DNA of 64,000 bases, taken from contig JAYWGM010000063.1 of NCBI GenBank assembly GCA_043778225.1, positions 17,107 to 81,106 of the forward strand, read 5' to 3'. How positions within the stretch are numbered: the stretch's first letter is position 1; every line of letters begins with the position of its first letter. Of the stretch, positions 20,621 to 29,712 are shown piece by piece. The position numbers and the translations under genes were made by a program. The notes beneath the pieces were generated by a model. The model did no database searches. It was not told the origin of the DNA and worked only from the letters and a program-made list of their open reading frames with translations. The DNA comes from Deinococcales bacterium. Its GTDB lineage: Bacteria; Deinococcota; Deinococci; Deinococcales; JAAFIG01.

Positions 20621-21397
20621 ATGGACTTACCCGATGTTTCAAAGCTCGAAGGGGCGCTGGGGGCAATTTGCCGTGACCGTGCGACCGATTATACCAATGC
20701 CAGTTTTGAACTCACGGCTCGAGCCTCGAGCCACGGTTTTGAAAATGCCCTTAAAACCCAAGGCATCAAACTGATAGCCGAAGTCAAACGCGCCTCACCA
20801 CGCGGCGACTTAAATACTGCACTGTCGGCAATCGAGGCAGCCAAGGCTTATGCGGCTGGCGGCGCAAGTGCCATTTCGGTGCTGACCGAGCCACGGCGTT
20901 TTCTGGGGTCGTTTGAAGATTTACAAAGCGTCTCAAGCCAGATTGCACTTCCTACACTCTGCAAAGACTTTGTGGTTCATCCTGCGATGCTCCAAGAGGC
21001 GGTACAGGCGGGCGCGGCGGCGGTACTGCTTTTGGTCAATGTGCTGGGCAAACAGACCAAGGCGTACCTCGAGGCTTGCCACAGTGTTGGCTTAGATGCA
21101 CTGGTCGAGGTTCACACCGAAGATGAATTAGACCTTGCGCTCGAAGCTGGCTCGAGGATGATTGGGGTCAATAACCGCGATTTAATCAGCTTAGATATAA
21201 ACCTTGGAACTGCGCCGCGCCTTGGCTTGTTGGCTCGAGAATACGATTTTGAGGGGGTGCTGATTGCCTTGTCTGGCTATTCTAATCGCGCCGAAATTAT
21301 TTCTTTACAGGATGTCTTTAACGCCGTGCTGGTTGGCTCGAGCTTGGTTTCGTCTATGGATTTAGCTGCCAGTGTACGCGGTTTACTAGGACGGTGA
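20621..21397 (+). CDS. trpC: Indole-3-glycerol phosphate synthase
   Basis: IAEVKRASP, AISVLTE, LVEVH, IGVNNRDL. Confidence 0.9.
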   Translation: MDLPDVSKLEGALGAICRDRATDYTNASFELTARASSHGFENALKTQGIKLIAEVKRASPRGDLNTALSAIEAAKAYAAGGASAISVLTEPRRFLGSFEDLQSVSSQIALPTLCKDFVVHPAMLQEAVQAGAAAVLLLVNVLGKQTKAYLEACHSVGLDALVEVHTEDELDLALEAGSRMIGVNNRDLISLDINLGTAPRLGLLAREYDFEGVLIALSGYSNRAEIISLQDVFNAVLVGSSLVSSMDLAASVRGLLGR

Positions 21398-22954
21398 GTT
21401 GATGCGATTTTTGCCGCTTTTTTTGGCAGCCACCAAGGCTTGGTCGGCTTGGGATAATTTTTCCTCGAGTTGCGAAACATGGTCAAGGCTGACCATTCCA
21501 ACACTGACACTGACCATTTGGTGAAATGGCTCAACGATTTCGGTGCGCCACTGCTCGAGCCTTTCGTGTGCCATTTCGAGCGAGATATTGGGTAAAAGCA
21601 GCGCAAATTCATCGCCACCAAAACGCGCCACCAAGTCGTATTGGCGTACCCGTTCACGCAAACGCTGGGTGATGGTTTTTAGAACTTTGTCGCCAGCATC
21701 GTGACCAAAAACATCGTTGACGGTTTTGAATTTGTCCAAATCAAACATCACCACCACGCTCGGGGAAGTGGTCTGTGGCAGGATTAACTTGGCACGGTTC
21801 AAAAACTCGGTGCGATTGAGTAACTGCGTTAGTTCGTCGGTGGTGGCGCGTTTATACCAAGCCTCAATTGGACTCGAGATGCGCCAAATCAGCGGAATTG
21901 AAAACAGAATCACCAGTACACTGACCACAATCGTTTGCCACAATTGGCGATTAAACACGGCTTCGCTCGAGCCAACAAAATCTTTTTTAGGGGCATGGAT
22001 TCCAAGTAACCAGTTGGCATCTTGATTGACCAAAAGCGGTCGCATTAACCCGACCCACTCGAGATTGCCAATACGGTAATTTTGTAAATCTGAGCCGTTG
22101 TGACTCAATTGTTGCAATGCTTTGGCTTGTTGGCTGCCAACTTCGGACAGCTTAGGTAAAGCGCGGCTATTGGGTTGTAGTTTTTCGGCAAGTTGAGGCA
22201 TTCCAACCACTTCGCCATTCTTGGTGACGATAAACGCAGCCCCATTAGCACTGGTTGGGATATTGCCAATAAAATCTGACAAAACCGTAATTTCGATGTC
22301 AACGCCGACGACACCATCTAAATTAAAGGCTGCGTTTTTAATCGGTAGCGCGGTGGTAATGCCCGGGCGTTGTGAGGAAAAAAAAACATAAGGACCTGTC
22401 CAAACCAAAGTCTGTCGGCTGAGTGATTCCTTAAACCAAGGTCGGGTTCGCGGGTCGTAACCATCGTCTGGGCTGATTGCATCTGAGACTAAATTGCCAG
22501 CCTTATCAAATTGTTCGAGTTTGGTTAAACGCAAATTTTTTTGAACGATAATTTTTTTGAGGCTAAAGCCAATTTTTTCACGTCTGGCAAAAATAAAACT
22601 GCCGTCTTGCCCACCAAAATATAAACCTGTCAGTTGTGGCACACTTTTAAGCTGCTCGAGTAAAAAACCATCAAAGGCTTGACTGTTGGGGCGCAATGTA
22701 CCGCGAGTCATTAAGCCATGTAACACTCGAGCCGTTTGTTCGGCAGGTGCAAGAAAACGCTGTGTCCGCTCGAGAACACTTTCGGACACATGGCGCATGA
22801 TAATTCCAGCATTCTCGAGTTGTAGCGCCGTGGTGTTGCTGCGGGCTGCCAAAAGTAAGGCAACAATAGCAATTCCCTGTAGGGCGACCAAACCCAACAA
22901 CATCCATTGACGGATTGGTGGAATGGTGTTGGAAGGCTGCTTACGGTTAAACAC
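21386..22954 (-). CDS. dCache sensor diguanylate cyclase
   Basis: Two TM helices, YDPRTRPWF Cache motif, DLDKFKTVND, RFGGDEF. Confidence 0.92.
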   Translation of the reverse strand: MFNRKQPSNTIPPIRQWMLLGLVALQGIAIVALLLAARSNTTALQLENAGIIMRHVSESVLERTQRFLAPAEQTARVLHGLMTRGTLRPNSQAFDGFLLEQLKSVPQLTGLYFGGQDGSFIFARREKIGFSLKKIIVQKNLRLTKLEQFDKAGNLVSDAISPDDGYDPRTRPWFKESLSRQTLVWTGPYVFFSSQRPGITTALPIKNAAFNLDGVVGVDIEITVLSDFIGNIPTSANGAAFIVTKNGEVVGMPQLAEKLQPNSRALPKLSEVGSQQAKALQQLSHNGSDLQNYRIGNLEWVGLMRPLLVNQDANWLLGIHAPKKDFVGSSEAVFNRQLWQTIVVSVLVILFSIPLIWRISSPIEAWYKRATTDELTQLLNRTEFLNRAKLILPQTTSPSVVVMFDLDKFKTVNDVFGHDAGDKVLKTITQRLRERVRQYDLVARFGGDEFALLLPNISLEMAHERLEQWRTEIVEPFHQMVSVSVGMVSLDHVSQLEEKLSQADQALVAAKKSGKNRINSPS

Positions 22955-23058
22955 AACCTCAAGCCTAGCATAAATGGTAAGCGCTTACGGCTAAACTTAA
23001 AGCGAGGTTAAAACCTGTACTTAGCAGGGTGGAGTGATCACCCATTCTTGAAACAATT

Positions 23059-26000
23059 TTAGACTTTAGCCAGTCCTAGTCTGCCTTCCTCGAGACTGAC
23101 CACAAAATCAGAAGATAGAGGAGAGCTAAACTCGAGAAAATCACAAAGCGTATCTTCGCGCAATGTGGCTTCCCACGCCTTAGCTGCCTCGAGCCAATCG
23201 CCGCTTAAATCTAAACGCAATGCAATACGATTAGAAACTTCGAGACCAGAATCCTTACGCCCTTGTTGCACTGCCCGTAGTAAATCTCGAGCCAAACCCT
23301 CGAGAATCAAATCCTTAGTCAGTTCCGTGGTGAATGCCACCAGCAAACCATCTTGTTCCACTGCCGCAAACCCTTCTGGCGATTTTGCATCCACCAGCAC
23401 ATCGGCAGGCTCGAGAAGAAACGCACCATCAGCAGTCTCGAGCGTAAAATTCTGGTTCTTGTTGACACTTGAAACAATCGCGCTCGAGTCGCCTTGCAGC
23501 AGCGCTTCGCGGATGGCTGGGATATTTTTGCCGTACTTGCGCCCAAGGGTTGGCAGATTTGGCTTTAAGTTGTACGAAATTAAATTTGTGCCTTCCTCGA
23601 GCAATTTTACAGTTTTAACATTGAGTTCTTCGGCAATCGTACTCGTGAAGCGTTCCAGTGCCAGATTATCGGTACTTTCTCGCGCCCTAAGCATGACTTC
23701 GGCTAATGGCTGACGCAGTTTTAGGTTTGCCTGTCCTCGAGCCGCCCGTCCTAAGTCTACGACCCGAATCACGGCTTGCATTTCGGACACCAGTTGAGCG
23801 TCAAAACGCGCTGCATTGAACTTTGGAAACTCGCACAGATGCACACTTTCTGGAGCGCTTGAATCCAAGCCAACCACCAAATTCTGATACAAACTCTCGG
23901 ACAAAAATGGCGTAAATGGCGCAGCCAATTTTGTGACCGTGACCAATGCCTCATACAAAGTTGCATAGGCACTCGAGTCCACAATTCCATCCTGAGTCCA
24001 GAAACGCCGACGATTACGGCGCACATACCAATTGCTCAGTTCATCCACAAATGCCTCGAGTGCTTTACCGCCTTTTCGCGCATCGTAATTATTCAGCGCT
24101 TCTGTAACTGTTTGCACCAGCCCTTCAAGCCTCGAGATGAGCCAACGGTCAATTTCTGGGCGAGTCTCGAGTGTGGGCGCAACCTTCAAATCTGGATTAT
24201 CGAGGTTGGCGTACAGCACAAAAAAGCTGTACACATTCCAAAGCGTATTGATAAAGCCGCGCTGTCCTTCAGCAATTAAGCGCTCCGAGAAACGCTTGGT
24301 GTCGCCCGGTTCAGAACCCGTGAACATATACCAACGCACTGAGTCCGCGCCAAATTTATCAAAGGCTGGCAGAGGCTCGACCACATTGCCTTTGGATTTG
24401 GACATTTTCGCGCCTTTTTCGTCTACCAAATGCCCGAGGCAAATCACGTTTTTATAGACTGGCTGGTCATAAAGTAGCGTTCCAATGGCGTGCAAGCTGT
24501 AAAACCACCCTCGAGTCTGGTCAATCGCCTCACAAATGTAATCGGCTGGAAAGTGCTTCTCGAAGGTATCCAAAGTTTCTTTGCTGCGAGCCACACCGTC
24601 CGCATCCAGCAGTAAATGCCACTGGGCATACGGCATTGCCCCAGAATCAAACCAGACATCCAGCACTTCTGGGACTCGAGAAAATGTCTTGCCATCTTTT
24701 ATAAAAGTGGCATCATCAATGTACGGACGGTGTAAATCCTCATTCTCGAGTTCTTTGCCCATCAGGTTCTCGAGTTCCGCCACAGAACCAACGCAAACGT
24801 AATCACGTCCATCTTCAGAAACCCAAAAAGGAAGCGGCGAACCCCAATAGCGCTCACGGCTGATGCCCCAATCGACGTTGCCCTCGAGCCATTTACCAAA
24901 GCGTCCATCCTTGATATGTTCTGGAATCCAATTGATTTCTTGGTTGGTCTCGGACATCCGCTTTGACATTTTTTCGGTGCGGATAAACCAACTTGGACGG
25001 GCAAAATATAAAATTGGGTCGCCAGTGCGGTCATGGAACGGATACCTGTGCTTGAGTGTTCCCGCGTGGTACATCAGACCGCGTTCGCGCATGGTTTTGA
25101 TGAGACCCTTATCGGCATCCTTAAAAAACTTGCCACGCTCGTCGGTCACTTGCATGATGCCGTTGCCATTTGTGCCAAAACACAAGACGCAATCGTAAGA
25201 TTTACCAACTTCTAAATCCTCTGCGCCGTAGACTGGGGCTTGGTGGGCTAAACCAGAGCCGTCTTCGTCGCCGACAAAATCGGCTAGGACGACGATGTGC
25301 GCCCTTGGGTGAGACGAGTCCGCGCCAACCGTACCCGCTTTCCGACTCGAGAATTTATCTTTATTCAAACCGAGTTCTTCAAAAACTTCGGGGAATGGCT
25401 GCTCGTACTGCCAAAAGTGCATCAGTTCGCCTTTGAAGGTGGCTAGAACCTCGAGGGGCGGGGCATCCTTATTCAGTTCTGAGATTCGAGTCACAGCATT
25501 TTTGGCAATCACGATATGACCCATTGGGCTAGAACACAGCACATACTCGAGATTTGGATTGACGGCTGCCAAAGTGTTGCTCGGCAGTGTCCAAGGTGTG
25601 GTTGTCCAAACAATCAAGGCTGGCTGCTCGAGCTTGGTTAAATCCACGCCCTGCGCCTCGAGACTTGCCCTTAAATCTTGTGGGGTGGTCTCGAGCTTGA
25701 CCGGCAGACGCACATAGACACTTGGGTCATCCACCATTTGGTAGCTGTTCTCATCGCCAAGTTCGGCTTTGGACAAGGTGCTGCCGATGCGCGGCGAAAC
25801 CGGCACAACCTTAAAATCTCGCTCGACCAAACCTTTATCCCAGAGGCGCTTGAGTAAATTCCAAACCGATTCAATGTACTCGTTTTTATAGGTCACATAG
25901 GCATTCTCGAGGTCTACCCACATCCCGAGGCGTTCGGTAAAATAATTCCAATCTAAAATGTTGCTAAAGACACTTTCACGGCACAAGCGGTTAAATTCCT

Positions 26001-26346
26001 CGAGTTCGGCGCGGCTCGAGCCATGATTGCGCCCTTTCATACCCATTTTCTTTTCGACTGCAATTTCGACAGGCAGCCCGTGGGTGTCCCAGCCGCCTTT
26101 GCGGGTCACATGAAAACCATTCATGACCTTAAAACGTGGGAAAATATCTTTGAAGGCTCGAGCCAAAACATGGTGCATGGCGGGTTGCCCGTTGGCGGTT
26201 GGCGGACCTTCGTAAAACACAAATTCGCCAGATGGGGCGGGTTTGGATTCGGTTTGACCGAAAATATCTCGAGCCTTCCAGAACTCGAGAACGCGGGCTT
26301 CGACATCTTTGTAGCTGACTTGCGGGCTGACTTCGTTAAATTTCAT
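23059..26346 (-). CDS. ileS: Isoleucyl-tRNA synthetase, type 2
   Basis: FYEGPPTANG, GWDTHGLPVE, WTTTPWTLPSN, DWGISRERYWG, KMSKS. Confidence 0.97.
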   Translation of the reverse strand: MKFNEVSPQVSYKDVEARVLEFWKARDIFGQTESKPAPSGEFVFYEGPPTANGQPAMHHVLARAFKDIFPRFKVMNGFHVTRKGGWDTHGLPVEIAVEKKMGMKGRNHGSSRAELEEFNRLCRESVFSNILDWNYFTERLGMWVDLENAYVTYKNEYIESVWNLLKRLWDKGLVERDFKVVPVSPRIGSTLSKAELGDENSYQMVDDPSVYVRLPVKLETTPQDLRASLEAQGVDLTKLEQPALIVWTTTPWTLPSNTLAAVNPNLEYVLCSSPMGHIVIAKNAVTRISELNKDAPPLEVLATFKGELMHFWQYEQPFPEVFEELGLNKDKFSSRKAGTVGADSSHPRAHIVVLADFVGDEDGSGLAHQAPVYGAEDLEVGKSYDCVLCFGTNGNGIMQVTDERGKFFKDADKGLIKTMRERGLMYHAGTLKHRYPFHDRTGDPILYFARPSWFIRTEKMSKRMSETNQEINWIPEHIKDGRFGKWLEGNVDWGISRERYWGSPLPFWVSEDGRDYVCVGSVAELENLMGKELENEDLHRPYIDDATFIKDGKTFSRVPEVLDVWFDSGAMPYAQWHLLLDADGVARSKETLDTFEKHFPADYICEAIDQTRGWFYSLHAIGTLLYDQPVYKNVICLGHLVDEKGAKMSKSKGNVVEPLPAFDKFGADSVRWYMFTGSEPGDTKRFSERLIAEGQRGFINTLWNVYSFFVLYANLDNPDLKVAPTLETRPEIDRWLISRLEGLVQTVTEALNNYDARKGGKALEAFVDELSNWYVRRNRRRFWTQDGIVDSSAYATLYEALVTVTKLAAPFTPFLSESLYQNLVVGLDSSAPESVHLCEFPKFNAARFDAQLVSEMQAVIRVVDLGRAARGQANLKLRQPLAEVMLRARESTDNLALERFTSTIAEELNVKTVKLLEEGTNLISYNLKPNLPTLGRKYGKNIPAIREALLQGDSSAIVSSVNKNQNFTLETADGAFLLEPADVLVDAKSPEGFAAVEQDGLLVAFTTELTKDLILEGLARDLLRAVQQGRKDSGLEVSNRIALRLDLSGDWLEAAKAWEATLREDTLCDFLEFSSPLSSDFVVSLEEGRLGLAKV

Positions 26347-26376
26347 AAGACCTCAGTTTGCATGAATTTGATTTTC

Positions 26377-26513
26377 GTAGGGACAGACTCCCGTGTCTGC
26401 CCTGTGAGACGATGTAATTTGGAATTTTCCTTTGAATTATTGTTTTTGTTTACCTTTTGGTTTATCTCGAGCAATGATTAGCTGGCAGGACGAACACGGG
26501 GGTTCGTCCCTAT
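26377..26513. repeat. Inverted pair of GTAG-type REP-like palindromes (REPIN-like)
   Basis: GTAGGGACAGACTCCCGTGTCTGCCCT (+, 26377-26403) and ATAGGGACGAACCCCCGTGTTCGTCCT (-, 26513-26487). Confidence 0.75.
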
Positions 26514-26590
26514 GGTTTTTTTGGTTTGAATTTTCGAGACATTGTGCATATCATTGATACAGCTATGTAAATTTGCTTTCATACTAAAAT

Positions 26591-27376
26591 CTATCCTTGA
26601 AATCCGATGTTGTTTAGGTGCTGCTCGGCAACTTGACCAAGACATAAGCGAATTGTTGTGAAGAACGGTCTCCATTGATAATCTAAATAGCGACTGATTA
26701 GGTTTAAGGTTACGTCACGGTTTGCAACTCGCCATTGTTTTTTATTGTGTTCTATATCTCTGAATATGATAAGTCGCTGTTGTGCAAGTCGGTCACAGTT
26801 TAAGTTCAGTATTTTGATGGTGTTTTCAACTAATTCAAAAACACTGGTAAACTTGTTATCCTCTAAGTTAATGGTTTTACAGTGTTGTTCATTTGGCTCG
26901 AGGAATCCATTTGTTGGATTGAACTGAAATAAACAGGGTGATGGAATTATGGTTAATGGATTGAGAATAATGCCTTCGCAGTTTTTTGGTATTTTTCCAG
27001 CTTGTTCCATATGATTTTTATGCGAATCACAACTTAAATTTTCTTCCAATGGTGATAGAAAATTGGGAAGATTGGGATTGTCACCGCCATTACAAACCCC
27101 AATCATATTTGACCAAAGCAATGCCCAGTTTAGTGCCGAATCTGACGTATCTGACTTTGCATGAAAATGTTCTACTCGAGTCGTTAATGGTTCTGACGCT
27201 GAAATCTTGCATTCACAATAGGCACAGAGACCGTATTGGTCACTAATAATTTGGGTTCTAATGTTTTTATAAACATCTTCAAAATTCCTCAAATCTTTCC
27301 AAGTGGCTTTTGGATTATTGCTTTCAAAGGCGGTTAATTCTTCTGGGGGAGTGGTATTTTTGAAAACTGGTTTCAT
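26591..27376 (-). CDS. HNH endonuclease, Septu PtuB / retron-effector HNH family
   Basis: DQYGLCAYCE...VEHFHAKS...WSNMIGVCNGG...SCDSHK...LNLNCDRL; ATGA overlap with the ATPase. Confidence 0.85.
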   Translation of the reverse strand: MKPVFKNTTPPEELTAFESNNPKATWKDLRNFEDVYKNIRTQIISDQYGLCAYCECKISASEPLTTRVEHFHAKSDTSDSALNWALLWSNMIGVCNGGDNPNLPNFLSPLEENLSCDSHKNHMEQAGKIPKNCEGIILNPLTIIPSPCLFQFNPTNGFLEPNEQHCKTINLEDNKFTSVFELVENTIKILNLNCDRLAQQRLIIFRDIEHNKKQWRVANRDVTLNLISRYLDYQWRPFFTTIRLCLGQVAEQHLNNIGFQG

Positions 27377-28728
27377 TGATTCTGCTCCCAAATTCGGTTT
27401 TCAATAAATAAATCCGCTTCGAGTAAAGCAGGTTCTTCACCCAGATAACGTTGATCTAAAATAGTTCGCAATTCGATGGCTCGAGGCGAAGCCCACTCAT
27501 TTTTGAAAACAAGTTCTTGATATTCAAGCAGTTCTCGAGTTGCCATGTTTTTCTGAGGTCTTGGGTCAACTCCAAAAATGCGTTTTAGAATCCGATTGGA
27601 CTCTGCTCCTTCCGTACCAGAAGGGGTGAAAATTTGATTATTCTCAATAACTCGAATACATTCGGCGGGAACAGTTGATAACACTTGAGGGCTGTGGGTA
27701 CTCACAATAAATTGAGTATTCGGAAAAGTACGTCGTAAATCCCCAAGAATTCGTTGCTGCCACATCGGATGCAAATGTAAATCTATTTCATCAATAATCA
27801 CAATGGCTTCTTGATGCAATGGGTTGATACCAGTAGCCTCAGATGGATTGGCTTGTGCCATCCGCAAAGATAAATCCATAGCCAGTGCCAGCATGGTGCG
27901 GAAGCCATCACTAAGTTGTCCGAGCCTAAGGGTTTTGACTTCCCCATTTTCAAGTGTTTGATCTATGACAAATTGCAAGGGTTTAAGTTTGGTACGTGGA
28001 TTTGAAAAGCTGGGCAGCATGATTCTGATTGCTTCGCGCATGACTTTCAAATCAGGTAATTCATAGTTGAAATCCCTTAGTTCGCGCTGAGCATGAAGCT
28101 CAAGCCGCTCAAGGTAATCAAAACGCTCGTAAATAGCGCGAAAATTGCTGGTTGCGCCAAACGCGCCTTCAAAAGCCTCGAAACGTCTAAATTGCTTGCG
28201 GAAGTCAGTACGGCGTTCAACCTCTGCCATAAATACCCTATTTGTACCGTAGTAACGAACCAGTGGGAGGGTGTAAGGTTTACCAGTTTTTTCTGCCTCC
28301 AGAAGACCAGAGATGAACTCATTAAAATTCTGCTTCAATTTAGCTATATCTTCTGGATTGCTAGCAGGTTTTCCTAGCTCCGCATCAAACTCAAATTGGG
28401 GATAGACTTTTTTGACACTTTTGTCTTTGACTTTAATTGCTATTAACAGTGTTGAACCTTGAGTCGGCAAATATATTGATAATGAAATTTGCGCCAAGTC
28501 TGCACTTTGTTGATTCGTACCTATCTTAATGTCATTTGTGGTCATTGCTTTGCCATCGCGCTGAATCAAACCAGTTGCCATACGACTTAGGAGAAAATTT
28601 ATTGCTTCAAGCACGGCTGTTTTTCCACCACCATTTTCAGATACAAAAACGGTTAATTTTGGATGGAACATGATCATTGCTTCTTGAAAACAACGAAAAG
28701 TTGTTAGGTTTAGAGCTACTAGTTTCAT
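27373..28728 (-). CDS. ABC/AAA ATPase, Septu PtuA / retron Ec78 PtuA-like
   Basis: ENGGGKT Walker A, LSDG signature, IIDEIDLHLHPMWQ, STHSPQ; C-term GAESNRILKRIFGVDPRP; GGAG RBS. Confidence 0.85.
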   Translation of the reverse strand: MKLVALNLTTFRCFQEAMIMFHPKLTVFVSENGGGKTAVLEAINFLLSRMATGLIQRDGKAMTTNDIKIGTNQQSADLAQISLSIYLPTQGSTLLIAIKVKDKSVKKVYPQFEFDAELGKPASNPEDIAKLKQNFNEFISGLLEAEKTGKPYTLPLVRYYGTNRVFMAEVERRTDFRKQFRRFEAFEGAFGATSNFRAIYERFDYLERLELHAQRELRDFNYELPDLKVMREAIRIMLPSFSNPRTKLKPLQFVIDQTLENGEVKTLRLGQLSDGFRTMLALAMDLSLRMAQANPSEATGINPLHQEAIVIIDEIDLHLHPMWQQRILGDLRRTFPNTQFIVSTHSPQVLSTVPAECIRVIENNQIFTPSGTEGAESNRILKRIFGVDPRPQKNMATRELLEYQELVFKNEWASPRAIELRTILDQRYLGEEPALLEADLFIENRIWEQNQ

Positions 28729-28771
28729 AAATCTCCATTATATTTTTGACTTTGCAGAATCTTGAGCAACA

Positions 28772-28808
28772 CAAAAACCCCAACAGACGCTTGTGCGTCA
28801 TGCTGGGG
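28772..28808 (-). terminator. T-box intrinsic terminator
   Basis: CCCCAGCA-TGACGC-ACAA-GCGTC-TGTTGGGG-TTTTT, mutually exclusive with the antiterminator. Confidence 0.88.
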
Positions 28809-29048
28809 CGCTAGTAATTGCGCGTTACCACCCAACTTCACTCGAGCCTTGCGGTTCTCGAGCCTTTATACCAACCATTGCGGATTGGTTTGCGCTGTAT
28901 CGGGCGCACCCGAACGGTTCTACTCGAGAATAATTCTCTTTCTTCCATCTGCTCGGAGGTGATGTTGGCTCGAGTTCGTGTCCATCGGCGCTTTCACCGT
29001 CCGCCGTTCGCTGTTGGTCGTGTCTCGAGTTACGTCCTCGTCGTTGCG
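28772..29048 (-). ncRNA. T-box riboswitch, Ile specifier (AUC), transcriptional type
   Basis: Stem I GAGG...AGCGA...GGTGAAAG...AAC-ATC-ACCTC (ATC at 28963-28961); T-box AGTTGGGTGGTAACGCG (28837-28821); antiterminator GGG-UGGUAAC-GCGC...GCGC-CCC. Confidence 0.92.
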
Positions 29049-29054
29049 GCTATC

Positions 29055-29084
29055 AGTGTACGGACTCGAGGTAGGGCGTGTCAA
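29055..29084 (-). promoter_or_regulatory. Sigma70-type promoter of the T-box leader
   Basis: TTGACA (29084-29079), 18 nt, TACACT (29060-29055). Confidence 0.8.
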
Positions 29085-29100
29085 CGTGGTAGAATGGCGT

Positions 29101-29682
29101 ATGCGTTCCGCACCTGTAAAAACAGCTTTGTCTTTTGACCAATTTCTCGAGTTCGAGATTTCCAGTCTTGAGCGCCATGAGTTCGTGGATGGTAATCTGT
29201 TTGTTATGGCGGGTGGGACAGATAAACAAAATCATTTGATTGGCGAATTGTATATTTCGCTCAAAGCAGTGGCTCGAGCGGCTGGTTTTCGGGTTTATAT
29301 GAGTGATGTGTTAATTCGCACCCCCGACGATGTGGGTTATTACCCTGACGTTTATGTGGCTCGAGATGAAATTGGCGATTCTCCTCGGGTTAAACGTCAT
29401 CCGATTGTGATTATTGAAGTCTTGTCTTCAAGTACCGAAATTTTTGACCGTGGTGAAAAATGGCACAACTATCAGACTATTCCAAGCCTCGAGCAGTATG
29501 TCTTGTTGTCGCAGTCTGAGCCACTTGCCGAAATGTACACAAGGCAAGCCGATGGTTCGTGGCGTTATCAATCATTTTCTGGTGCGTCGGTGCTTCATTT
29601 CTCGAGCCTCAATTTTGATTTGCCGCTTGAGTCTTTGTATACAGATTTACCTGCCAACGAAAACCAATCAACTCGAGCTTAA
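29101..29682 (+). CDS. Uma2 family (DUF820) endonuclease-fold protein
   Basis: RHEFVDG, YYPDV, IIEVLSSST..DRGEK..Y..IPSLEQYVL; TAGAAT 5 nt before ATG 29101. Confidence 0.9.
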   Translation: MRSAPVKTALSFDQFLEFEISSLERHEFVDGNLFVMAGGTDKQNHLIGELYISLKAVARAAGFRVYMSDVLIRTPDDVGYYPDVYVARDEIGDSPRVKRHPIVIIEVLSSSTEIFDRGEKWHNYQTIPSLEQYVLLSQSEPLAEMYTRQADGSWRYQSFSGASVLHFSSLNFDLPLESLYTDLPANENQSTRA

Positions 29683-29712
29683 CGTGTTCCCGAGTTGATT
29701 GGTTTTTGGTTT

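Noticed and set aside
26591..29050. Complete retron (Ec78-like)
   Set aside because: No reverse transcriptase in the window, and the upstream structured RNA is a T-box rather than msr-msd
28978..29100. N-terminal extension of the Uma2 ORF
   Set aside because: Overlaps the T-box and its promoter on the other strand; a -10 box supports ATG 29101
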